DNA from: Felis catus
Taxonomy: Eukaryota
Reading direction: 5' to 3'
Length of the DNA stretch: 64,000 nucleotides
Assembly: GCF_018350175.1 (NCBI RefSeq)
Contig: NC_058382.1
Coordinates: forward strand, 49,664,001 to 49,728,000
Under the pieces are notes generated by a model. It was not told the origin of the DNA and searched no databases. It worked only from the letters and a program-made list of their open reading frames with translations. Positions 24,503 through 35,894 of this stretch are shown here, in pieces. How positions within the stretch are numbered: position 1 is the first letter of the stretch; every line of letters starts with the position of its first letter. A program made the position numbers and the translations under genes.

Positions 24503-25856
24503 TCGAAAGTGGCTTCTTGAGGGAAGGGGAGTGGGCCGGAGGGAGCAGGGAAGGTCCAGCTCCTGCCTGGCCCCTGGGGAGCTCTGGAATGACTTGTACC
24601 TCGGAACTGGTCCCACCCGGGGCAGGGGGCTGCCTCTTTAGGCTCCTCGTCACTATACACTGAGCACTGCCTGGCATGGGGTGGGGCGGAACTCGGGCCA
24701 GGAGGTCCCATCCTGCCAAGGACTTTTCCAGAGAAGCAGCAGCAGTGCACAGGGAGGGGCCACCTCTCCCAGCATCTGCACGTGTGGGTTGTTACCCCCG
24801 TCTCCACAGAGGACAACGGGTCAACCAGGCCACACTTTGACAGGTTCTTTTGCCCGTAAGGAGCCGCTAGCTATAACCTTTTGCTGCTCTGCCCCCTAGC
24901 ATCCTGGCGGCACCCTGCTCGGTGTCCCATTCATTCAGTGTCCCTGGCCACTCCAGGGGGGGAAGGCTCAGCCCAAACTCTTCCCTGTCAGGAAGGAGCC
25001 CCAGGAAAAGGAAGGGGCTTCGCCAAAGCACCACAGAGTTGGAGCAAGGGGCCGGCTTTTCTGACTTCTAGTTCTTTCCCTGAGAGAGAGAGGGGGTGAG
25101 AGAGGGGGAGGCTCCCTTTGTGTGAGCAGAAGCAGGATCCCTTCTTACCCTCTGGGCTCTGGGCGCTTTGGTTTAGGCCGCTGAATAACCCAGACCGCGG
25201 GGAGACTAGGGAACAAGGACACGGCAACCCCGGACGAGCTGGCAGCCTGAGGGAGCCTCACGGCCATGACTCAGCTTGGAGAGAAGCCAGGGCAGCTGCC
25301 CGAGAAGTCGGCGCATCGCGGGCTAGCGTTCTTGCTGCCAGCATCTCGGACTCTTGAGACGGATGTGCCTTTGGGTTGGTTTTAAATGGTTTCCTTCCAG
25401 ATAAACGGGTCACCCATCTCCAGGGAAGGAACCTTCGGCAGCCCGGAGGCCTGGGGTAGCCCGAGCCCAGCTCTTCCTGGGGGGCCTGGGGTCTTGCTGC
25501 AGCTGGCCGTGAACCAGCTCACCGTCCGCACGCACAGAAGCCCAGGCCCGCTCCGCCTCTCCTGTTGCCCCAGCCCCACTGGCTCCCTCCCGTCCAAGGA
25601 CGCACTGAATGAGGCAGTTGCCTCGAGCCCAGTCTGCACCGCTTCATAACTGTCAAGAGACACCGCCACCCTACAGAGAGCAAAAGTGAGGCTGCATCAA
25701 GCAGTCAAAATTAAAAAAGAAGCAATGGTGCCAGAACCGATGCTTGGGGCCTGGACTGCAAGTCTGGAATCCTACGTGCAGGTCTGATGGTCCCTGGAGA
25801 ACACACCAAGAGGGGCTGAAATGAGGGGCAGGCAAGCCATGGAAAGGAGGGGGAAG

Positions 25857-26370
25857 GGCGCCTGGCTGGCTCAGTCAGTGGAAGGTGGGACTCTTGATCT
25901 CCAGGTTGTGGGTTCAAGCCCCACGCTGGGTGAAGAGATTACTTAAAAATAAAACCTTGGGGCCCCTGCGTGGCTCAGTCAGTTGAGCATCTGACTCTTC
26001 GGCTCAGGTCATGATCCCAGGGTCGTGGGATTGAGGCCCGCGTCAGGTTCCGTGCCGAGTGCAGAAGCTGCTTAAGATTCTTTCTCTTTTCCTCTGCCCC
26101 TCTCTCCCGCTTGCTCTTCTAAATAAAATAAATAAATAAATAAAAATAAAAATTCTTAAAAGAGAATAAATAAATAAATAAATAAATAAGACCTGTAAGG
26201 GTGTCTGGGTGACTCAGTTAGATGAGCGTCTGACTCCTGATCTCAGCTCAGGTCTTGATCTCGGGGTTGTGAGTTCAAGCCCCACGTTGGGCTCCATGTT
26301 GGGCTCTGCACTGGCCATGTAGCCTACTTAAAAAAATAATACTAAATAAAGCCTTTGAAAAAAAAAAAAG
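25857..26370 (+). mobile_element. Stack of three same-orientation carnivore SINEs
   Basis: Three tRNA-derived heads at about 25857, 25959 and 26198, each followed by an A-rich tail. Confidence 0.92.
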
Positions 26371-26524
26371 AAGGGGGAGCCTTAGCTTGGGAACATAAAG
26401 ACAGGGAATGAGATCGGAGGCTGTGCAGCTGGGAATAATAGTTTAAGGCAAACTTGGACTTGTTGACCAAACCTCGGAACTGCTGGGAAAGTGTGGGAGA
26501 AGTGTAGTAAAGCCCTACCTCATG

Positions 26525-26745
26525 TTTTTTTCAATGTTTATTTATTTACTTTTGAGACAGAGAGACAGAGTACGGGCAGGGGAGGGGCGGAGAAAAATGG
26601 AGGGACAAGGAATCTGAAGCAGGCTCCAGGCTCTGAACTGTCAGCACAGAGCCTGATGCAGGGCTTGAACTCACAAACCATGAGACCATGACCTGAGCTG
26701 AGATCACGAGTTGGACACTTTACCAACTGCACCACTCAGACATCC
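26525..26745 (-). mobile_element. Can-SINE
   Basis: Antisense SINEC (aatgtttatttattt...gcaggctccaggctctgaactgtcagcacagagcc). Confidence 0.93.
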
Positions 26746-26891
26746 TCAGGCCCGCCTCTTAACTGTGCAAAACTCACTGGCCCTGAGAGGTGAGGGGCAA
26801 ACTAGATTCAGAAAATGTTTAGAGCAACTCACAGAGGAACGTGCCACAAAGCTAGGTTTGTGATGAATCAAGTCCTGAGGCATATTCCTCC

Positions 26892-27273
26892 TGCATTAGC
26901 TGGGTTCTCCAGAGCAGCAGAAGCAATAGGAGACAGAGAGGCTGTGAAGTCCCATGTTCGTTTGGCTATCTGTGGGCTGGAGACCCAGGAGGAAGAGTTG
27001 ACCGTGTATGTCCCAGTCCAAGTGCAAAGGCTCCAAGAACCAGGAGCATTGATGGATAGGAGAAGGATGTCTGAGCTCAAGGAGAGAACAAATTTGCCTT
27101 CTTCAGGGCCCTCCATGGATTGGATGACACCCACCCACACTGGTGACAATGACATTTACTCAATCTACCTCTTCAAATGCTAATCTCTTCCAGAAAAGCC
27201 CTTACAGACATGTACTACCAGCTATCTTGGCATCCTTTAGCCCAGGCTGGTTGACACATAAAATTAACCATCA
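26892..27273 (-). mobile_element. ERVL LTR (MLT2 family)
   Basis: Starts tgcattagctgggttctccagagcagcagaagcaatagga and ends ttgacacataaaattaaccatca, both typical reverse-complemented MLT2 termini. Confidence 0.85.
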
Positions 27274-27884
27274 TGCCTGCCTTGTTCAAATGTGTCTTCC
27301 AGAGACAGAGCTGGGCTGGGCTGGTACCACAGAAGGTTCTGGCACTCAGGCATGACCTAGTCCAGTCTTCTCCATGAATGGCCATTCTCTTCCTAGTTCC
27401 AGACACATCTCACCCAAAGCACTGGGCTACATGCTCAGAGACAGGCAGGCAGGGTGCTTTGCTGAATCTTAGCTTCTCAGAAGGTTTACACAGGAAGAGA
27501 GGAGCACAACCACTTCCCTGGAGAGAGGAGGGAGACCTTCCTGGGAGGTAATTGGACATGATATTTCAAGGCTTTCAAAATGTGTGCCCTCCCTGATATG
27601 ATAACTCCACTTGTAGAAGTGATGTAGAAATCACCAAGGATGCAGATCAAGATCTAAGGACAAGGCACTTCATCACGGCATTATTTACAACAACAGAAAG
27701 TGACCAACAGTGGAAGGCCAGCATTAATAAATTACAGTACAACCACGTAATGGCATATTATTCAGCCGTTAAAATCGTTTTCTCGAAGAATGCTTGAGTC
27801 AAGGGGGAGACACTCATAGTATATACCACAGGCAAACAAAAGAGAATACAAAACTGCATATACGAGTTCAATCCAAAAGAATCC

Positions 27885-28420
27885 TGTGATGATGGAAATG
27901 CTGGGTGTCCACACTGTCCAATATTGTAGCCACTAATAACATGTGAGTACTAAGCACTTGAAATCTTTGGTTAGTGTGCCTGGGAAACTGAATTTTGAAT
28001 TTTTTAAAAAATTTTGAATTCTAATGAATTTAAAATTTAAATTTAGGGGCACTTGGCTGGCTCAGTCAGTAGAGCATGCAACTCTTGATCTTGGGGTTGT
28101 GAGTTCAAGCCTCTCTTTGGACGTGGAGTCTACTTAAATTTTTTTTAATTTTCATTTATTTATTTTTAAAAATTTTTAAATGTTTATTTTGAGAGAGAAA
28201 GAGAGTGAGCAGAGGAAGGGCAGAGAGAGAGAGGGAGACACAGAATCCGAGCAGGCTCCAGGCTCTGAGCTGTCAGCACACAGCCCAACCCGGGGCTTGA
28301 ACTCATGAACTCAGATCATGACCTGAGCTGAAGTTGGACGCTTAACCAACTGAGCCACCCAGGCGCCCCTATTTATAAACAGCCACATGTGGTCGGTGGG
28401 TTCTGTGTTGAGCTGCACAG
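27885..28420. mobile_element. MER3-like hAT-Charlie DNA transposon interrupted by two tail-to-tail SINEs (28046-28140 plus, about 28150-28369 minus)
   Basis: tgatgatggaaatg...ctgtccaatattgtagccact...agcacttgaaat before the SINEs and agccacatgtgg after them. Confidence 0.8.
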
Positions 28421-29216
28421 GTATAGCATAATTCCAACTGCCTTAAGAAAAGGTATGTAAAAATACAGGAAAAAGTCTCAAATTATCCCAAAACGTAGAT
28501 AGCAGTTTTCTCTGTTAGTAAGATGATGAGAGAGTTAAATTCTGTTCCAATTTTTCTGCTTTCTGCTTTTCCAACAATGAACAGTTTCCTTCTACGATCA
28601 GAAGGGAGAAGAGAGAGGCAAAGCCTGGTGCAGGCAAAGCTCACATTGGCAGGAAGGCCCGCGCTGGCTGGGCTGGCGCGAGCTGGGGTAATCTGCCTCT
28701 CTCGGGGCTTGTTTTGACAGGAGCGTTGTGCCTCTGGTGGCTTGGGTCTTCTCCAAGCTGCAGGGCAACCTGGCTGACACACTACACACTCAGCTTAGCT
28801 GGTGTGAGCACGTGCGTGTGTGCACGTGGGCCCCGCCATCTGGGGCCGACCTGGCAGCGAAGCGTTGACTCTTCAGCTGTGTTTATTGGGACTTGGGTGG
28901 ATTTTGTCGTTTGAATTTCTTGCTCGCTTCCCCAGGCCTTACTTCAGCTGCTTTTCCAAGTTGCTGGTAACTTTCCAGGGCTTCCTGCTAAGCTCTTTGC
29001 TGGGCTTCCAAAGGCTTTTCCAAGGAGGAGAAAGCTCCTGCAGGTGGGTCTCAGCAGACGGCAGGGAAGGAACCTGGGCTTACTCATTCCGGTTTGCTGA
29101 TGCGTCAGGAATTTAGGAGTTTGAATTATTTGAAGTGGCAAGAATAAAGGAAGATGGAATTTTCCTAAATGCATAGCCGGAGGCTTTTTTATTTTTAATA
29201 AGTAGGGAGGCAAGGG

Positions 29217-29300
29217 GCAGAGGTTCTCAAACTTCACAGTGCGTAAGCATCACCTGGCTGTTGGTCAGAAATGCAGATTCCTCGCGTTCACTCCCCAGGA
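29217..29300. mobile_element. MER5A-like hAT fragment
   Basis: cagaggttctcaaactt...catcacctgg...aaatgcagattcct. Confidence 0.7.
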
Positions 29301-29428
29301 TTAATCCTTCTTCTTTGCTTTACAGATGCACAAATGGGGGCAGGGGAAGCAGGGGGCCAAGCCACGTGCTCATTCAGGTCACTCTCCAATGGGGGTGTCT
29401 CACTAGATTATGCTGCCCCTAGGTCACC

Positions 29429-30145
29429 TGTGGTAGACGTTTGGTGTTAATAGACACAAAAGGCCTCTAACAAATTCTCTAACACCACCTGGTTGTCCAA
29501 CAGTTCAATTCAGTTCTGTCCCTGACTACCCAGAGTTAGCACAGACCCCCCCCTCCCCGTCCCCCACAGATGAGAGGTTGTCACACAAGACCGCTCCCAC
29601 TTCAGGCGCCAGCTGCAAATGGGGTGCTCAGACTACTCACCCTGTCCAGCCCGCAAACACCCCCAACATGTTTGATAATCTGCTGGAACTCACAGACTCA
29701 GTTAAGTGCTCTATTTATTATTACAGTTTGTTATAAAGGATACAAGTGAAATGGACGAAGATGGCCCAAAAAGGCACCTCGCGAGAGCCTGTGTGCCGGT
29801 TGAACTGGGGTGCACCACGCTCCCGGTACATGGATGTGTCCTCCAACTCAGAAGCTCCCCAGACTTTGTGCTTGAGGCATTTTTACCCAGGTCTCATAAC
29901 ACAGGCACAACTGATTAAATCACTGGTCTGGCTGGACTCCATCTCTGGCCTCTCCTCCCTCCCCAGAGGTCCAGGGATGGGGCTGAAAGTTTTAACCCTC
30001 TAGCTACAGGGGTGGTTTTGCTGGTGACCAGTCCCCATCCTGAACTTTTCCAGGGAATCTTCCACTAGCACACAAATCCCAAGGGTTTTAGCAACCCAGA
30101 ACTGCACAGAAACCAAGTATTTATTTATTTTTCTATTATACCACA
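29429..30145 (-). mobile_element. MER21-family LTR
   Basis: caattcagttctg...cccagagttagcacagacccc, cacaagaccgctcccacttcag, and a terminal tatttatttatttttctattataccaca. Confidence 0.8.
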
Positions 30146-31249
30146 TGGGGTATTTGCAGTTTTGTGGAAAACACCACTTGCACTGCAAAGACAAAAGAAG
30201 CCCATGCTTATTCTCATCATTTCCAGCTCCAGCTGTCCACAGCAGTCTTAAGGGCACACACGGATCATACCAGACACTGTTGGTGTAGGAGGGCTGGAGG
30301 GTATGCGATTGGAAGTGAGCAGAATCCCTCCTTTTCCTCGGGATCCCAACCTCAAATTCAAAGTTCCCATAATGGAGCTCTATGGCAGAGCTGTGACAGA
30401 ACTGTGAGGTCCGGCCAAAGACAGCAGTAAAGATGAGGCAATCTTGAAGCGTCCAGAACACGGAGGGTCAACCCTGCCCCAGATTCAGGGCCCCGAAGAT
30501 CTGCCAGACTTAAAAAATGTCTCCCATTTGTCAGTCCTGGTGCCTCAAACACAGACAGACTTAGGTTATGATGCAAAGATGTCAGGTGAAGAGGTAAAGC
30601 CAAAGAGAGCTGGGCGGCAGTGGTCACACCCTGAGGAGCCTGGCCACACCACCCACAGCAGACACCCACAGGAGCCCCATGTCACAGTTGTGGCCCAAGG
30701 GCCCTCAGGACAGCTCAGGACGCTGGGCGGAGTCTGAAGATAGGCAGCTCCATACCTTCTACTAGAAAACCCACACACTGTAATTCATTTCGGTGTCTTC
30801 ACATTTTAAGCTCATTTATCTGGGTCAGAACCATTTACTTGCATCTAACAAGTCAAGGCCTGCTGCAGCATCTTTCTGACATATGGCCTTTTTGTGTCCT
30901 GTCTGTGTGCATCTGTCAAGGCCATGTGGGCAAGGGGAAGGCTGACTCAGCAGTACTCCAACCACTGGGTATGCTGGGGGAGGGTACAGTCCAAGCACAG
31001 ACCACCCCCCTCCCCCCAGCTCCCCTCGCTGCCCAAGCTGCTTTTCAGAGAAAGGGAAGTTGGGGGGCACCTGGTAGTTGACCTGAGTGAGTCATTGGCC
31101 TCCTTAGGAGATGTTCCAGGAGCCATCTGGGAATGTCATTCTGGAATGCCTGCTAGCCCAGGAAGGGATGTAAACTCATCACCACGGCAACCCCTGCATC
31201 CCTGAGCATCCCTTGGACATCTCTCTGTAAAATGGACCAGGTGATGCAA

Positions 31250-32000
31250 GTTTAAATGTGAGCTTGTCTTTTTTTAAAAAAAGAAAAAAAGTCTTGAAAT
31301 ACTTCAGAAAATAAAGGTATCATGAATAATGTAAGAAATATCTGTGTCCTCACTTCCCCGTTCAAGGTATAAAACCACATCTGTAAATGAAGCTCCTTGT
31401 CTTTCTCTGATCGTATAACCTTCCCTATCCCATGAGCCGTAACCGCTATGCTGAGTTTCGTGTCTATCACCCATTCATTATATATAATTATAACTTATAT
31501 GTATGCTATATATATAATTATATACTCTACATATTCTGAACCAAGGTATAATATCTTTTGCAAGTTAAAATATGCTTTTGAGGTGAGATTCACCCAACAC
31601 AAACCCAATCATTTTAAGGTGTAAAATTCAGTGGCACTTACTGCATTTGCAGCTTTGGGCAACAATTACGTGTTCACGATTTTGAACTTGTATAACTGGG
31701 ATCAGACATTAGGACTTCTGCTGGTTGCTTTTGGCATCAATGCTGCTTACGAGGCTCATCTGTGCTGAGGCGCGCAGCCCTACTCGTTCGGCTCTCTGCT
31801 GTACCATATTCCGCTGCATGACTATTTCACAACTGATCCTGTCTCCTGATGGGTGGTTTCCAGCTTTTTATGACCATCAACAAGCCTGGCTCCCTGTGCT
31901 GCTTCTCCAGGATATCAGCCCTGGAGTAAAGTTGCTATGTCATGGGCTGAGAGCAGCTCCAGAGTTGACATTGCCAGGGTGTTCCTCAAAGTGCTAATTT
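31250..32000 (-). mobile_element. Degraded L1M/L1ME fragments
   Basis: cattttaaggtgtaaaattcagtggcactta and related antisense L1 3' motifs. Confidence 0.65.
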
Positions 32001-32471
32001 ATACTCACATAAGCCTCGCTGTCTTGGGGAGCTGGGGGCCAGGTGCCCAATTATAGTAACTCAACACTTGGATAATGTACTTCATTTAATAAACCACTGT
32101 GAGGTAGGCAGAGCAAGATTATTCACCGTTGTCGGCAACCTTCTGAACAAAGAACCTGAGACTCGGAGCTACTCCACGTGGGTCCCCATGGCAGAGCGCT
32201 AGGATTTCAGGTGAGGGGCAGGGCAAACAACCCCAGTGTGTCAGACTAGGGTGGTGGTCTCCTTATGCAATGTTAATTTCTCTCTGTCCCCTCCCCCTCG
32301 CAGCTGCCTCATACCTGACTTAAGCACAGATCACAGTTTACCCCATCAGCTTTCTGAGGGAACAACACAATAAAAGCTCACTGGCAGACCATGGAGAGGA
32401 GAACCTGAAGAGGGGGTCTCTGTGGTTTGGGCCACTCCAGTGGCGGGACGCAGGGCAGAATCTTCTGGACT

Positions 32472-32681
32472 AGAGTGCCTGGGTGGCTCTGTCGGTTAAG
32501 TGTCTGACTCTGGATTTCGGCTCAGGTCATGATCTGTCTGTGATTGAGCCCCGCATCGGGCTCTATGCTGACGACACGGAGTCTTCTTGGGATTCTCTAT
32601 CTCTGCCCCTCCCCTGCTTGTGCACTCTATCTAAAAATAAATAAAAACTTAAATTAATTAATTAATAGCTCATAAACAAAA
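32472..32681 (+). mobile_element. Can-SINE
   Basis: 15-bp TSD agaatcttctggact at 32457-32471 and 32682-32696. Confidence 0.94.
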
Positions 32682-34029
32682 AGAATCTTCTGGACTTCCA
32701 TATTCCATTTTCCTTGCTGTGGCCGACTTGCCTGTGCACAAAGACCACATCTGATAGTATTTGGGGATCTAAGTTGCTCTAGGAGAGCATGAAAGAAAGG
32801 TTTCGCAGACAAGTCCGAGGCAGGAACTGTGCACACACCCAAGGAAGGAGGCACAGTGGGAGAGGCATTTACATTCCTCGACTCCAAGGAACGGTCATCC
32901 AGGCACCCAGTCCCTCCCTCCAGGCGGCACCCCGGAGGAGGGGGCAACCATGTGCCCCTTGCTTAGCACGGAGTGTGGTCCTGGAGCAGCGCTTAGGCAT
33001 GAGGGGTGCCTCTGCAGAGGCCTGTCCCAATAAGGCCCCGGGGGGGGTCTAGTGGGGCACCCCTCCCGCTGCAGAGGGCGGCTGGGCTGCTGCCCCGGGG
33101 CAGAGGCAAATCGAAGGGAGGCGGTGTGCCCACGCCTGTGGCGTACTCCTGACACAAACCTTTGACACTGGGCGGGCCAGCTGTCTCCCCGTGTTTGGTC
33201 CTGCCGTCCCCTCGCACTCACGGCTTTCCTTTCCAACACGCACCTTCCAACAGTGAGCTGGGACACCGAAGATGAGGCGAGGCAGTTTAGCCTCGCTCTC
33301 CCCGCCCCCATCCGGCCCTCCAGTCACCAGATGTAGGTGTGGTGACTGGCGGCTTGGCGGTGTGACCTCAGAGTTTCCTCTTCTGAAAAATGGGGATCTG
33401 CAGATGGCTGTCGAGGAAGCTGCCACCACTTGTCCTCCAGGCTCTCCTCCTCAGCTCGACGGGTTCAGCTCTCTCAAGACTTAGCGCTATACGGGTCCCT
33501 TCTTCCCTGGAGACCTGCCGCCCAGTTCCTAATTAGAGCGCCGTGTTCCTCGGGAAATAGGTGAGCAGAACCGCAGAAGGAAGCTTGCTTTCTGCTTTGA
33601 CCTCCTGCTGGTTGGGGGCAGTTTCTTCAGTAATGGCAAGGCACCAGATGCCCTGGAAATCTGACCCACCCATCTGGGGCGAGAAGACAGAGACGGATGG
33701 CAGAGCAAGGTCAGGAATTAACTTTCAGGGATTCTCGGGACTCCGTGGACCAGCCAGGAAGTGTCCTTGGGCCCGCCTCCTTAGTCACTCATGTCACGGC
33801 CCGGGGGCCCTCAGCGCCCCTGCCCAGGTGCCTCTTGGCAGTGACTCAGTCTTTCCACTTCCCACACACGTTTTCCGTGACAATTCCCGACTCCCGGATA
33901 AAGCGAAATCATTTCCTTTGGGGTTGGGCAGAATAGTTTTCACGAAATGTGGACGTGAAGAGCTAGATAAAATACTGTACACTTGTTCTGAAACACTGTG
34001 GGCTATACATTATCTGCTGCAAAGCAGTT

Positions 34030-34245
34030 TTTTAATAAAAAAAATTTTTTTTTTTTTTTGAGAGAGAGAAGGAGGGAGGGAGGGGAGTGGGAGGGGCAGA
34101 GAGAGAGGGAGACACAGAATCTGAGGCAGCCTCCAGGATCTGAGATGTCAGCACAGAGCACGACGCGGGACTCGAAACCACCAACTGTGAAATCATGACC
34201 TGAGCCAAAGTCGGACGCTTCACCGACTGGCCACCCACATGCCCC
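34030..34245 (-). mobile_element. Can-SINE
   Basis: Antisense SINEC with a T-run tail. Confidence 0.93.
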
Positions 34246-35100
34246 CCAAAAAGGAGATTTTTGATAGAACACGGTAACACCCTTGTCAGCCCTACCACCC
34301 AGCCTGGCCTCAGTGGGCTCACCAAGAAAGGCCAGGCATTCGCTGAGACAACTCCCAGGCCTTAGACAGCGAGGTAGGAACGGGCCGGGACAAGTGGCAA
34401 CACTGGCTGGGAAGGTAGGTCCCACTAAGGGCACAGATGGGGCTCAGACAGGAGTACAGGCAACCAAGAGAAAGGCCCAAGGGTGGTCTCTGCCTGCCTC
34501 AAGCGCCCCCAGGAGCACCCACCTCACCCCCTCCAGATTTCAACACCAGCTGACTCATGCAGGCCTGCTTATTAGTGGCTGGGCCATTTCCTCTGTGTGA
34601 GCACCCTAGTCCTCTGCTGGGTCCCTGGCTGGCAGCAGGGGCTCATTCAGCGCGCTGCAGATGGCCCGGCAGGGGTGAGAAGGCTCCTGTCTCTGGGGGC
34701 CTGGCTTACCCTTACGAGAAACAGCCATTGGTGCCCGTGCCCAAGCACCGGTCTCGCTGGCCAGTTCCTTCCCCTGGGAACTGATCCACAACAGTAAGTG
34801 AACATACGGGTCAGAGGAGTCTGGGAGAGGAGACAACATACAGTCTATAAATGGGTTTCCAAGTTGTTAAAACAAGCACAGGATCCTAGGAGGTGGAGAG
34901 CACCTCTTCCTAGACCAGGGGTCCCTGCCACTACATTCCTGGCCACTGTCAGATTTCAGGGTGGGGAACGGGGCTCCGGGAGCTGCCCATTCTGTCCTGG
35001 AAGAGCCCGGACACTTCACAGTCCTTCCTGACACACAGCTCAGTTCTAGCTCTGTGGTCCAATTAAAAAAACCCAATTTATTATCAAAAACTCAAGTCCA

Positions 35101-35328
35101 GGGGCGCCTGGGTGGCGCAGTCGGTTAAGCGTCCGACTTCAGCCAGGTCACGATCTCGCGGTCCGTGAGTTCGAGCCCCACGTCAGGCTCTGGGCTGATG
35201 GCTCAGAGCCTGGAGCCTGTTTCCGATTCTGTGTCTCCCTCTCTCTCTGCCCCTCCCCCATTCATGCTCTGTCTCTCTCTGTCCCAAAAATAAATAAACG
35301 TTGAAAAAAAAATTTTTAATAAAAAAAA
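35101..35328 (+). mobile_element. Young felid Can-SINE (SINEC_Fc)
   Basis: CpG-rich, near-consensus body; perfect 15-bp TSD aaaaactcaagtcca at 35086-35100 and 35329-35343. Confidence 0.97.
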
Positions 35329-35777
35329 AAAAACTCAAGTCCAAATAAAAACAGAATAGTGTGAAAGATCTGATGTATTCCTCACCCAGGTCCAACAATT
35401 ATCAACACATGGCCCATCTCTTTCCATCTCGGAGCCCACCCACTCCTTAGTGACAATTTTAAAGACCAAACGGAGAAAAGCCTGTCGGTTTATTACAAAA
35501 CAACTGAGTGTTGCAGGTACCGCTGGTTTTCAGACCTATCACCTATTCCTAATTCCACCCCCCATCTTCCATGACAGGTTTTTCCAGCCTCCCCTACAGC
35601 CGGGGGCAGTCAGATGAGCCAGCCGTGGCCAGTGAGACATACATGAAAGGCTGCTGTGAAGGTGCTTTGAAAAGTCTCACTGTAGGATACATGTGTGTGC
35701 ACATACACACATGTGCACATGTACTAACCAGAGGAAGCCGCTTCATCAATATGATGAACTTATTCAACACAAGTGGC

Positions 35778-35894
35778 TTTTTTTTTTTAAGATTTTTTAT
35801 TTTTATGTAATCTCTACACCCAACCTGGGGCTCAAATTTACAACCTTGAGATCAAGAGTTGCACACTCTACCAACTGAGCCAGCCGGACGCCCC
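35778..35894 (-). mobile_element. Short tRNA-Lys-like carnivore SINE
   Basis: Antisense taatctctacacccaac...ctctaccaactgagccagccggacgcccc. Confidence 0.85.
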
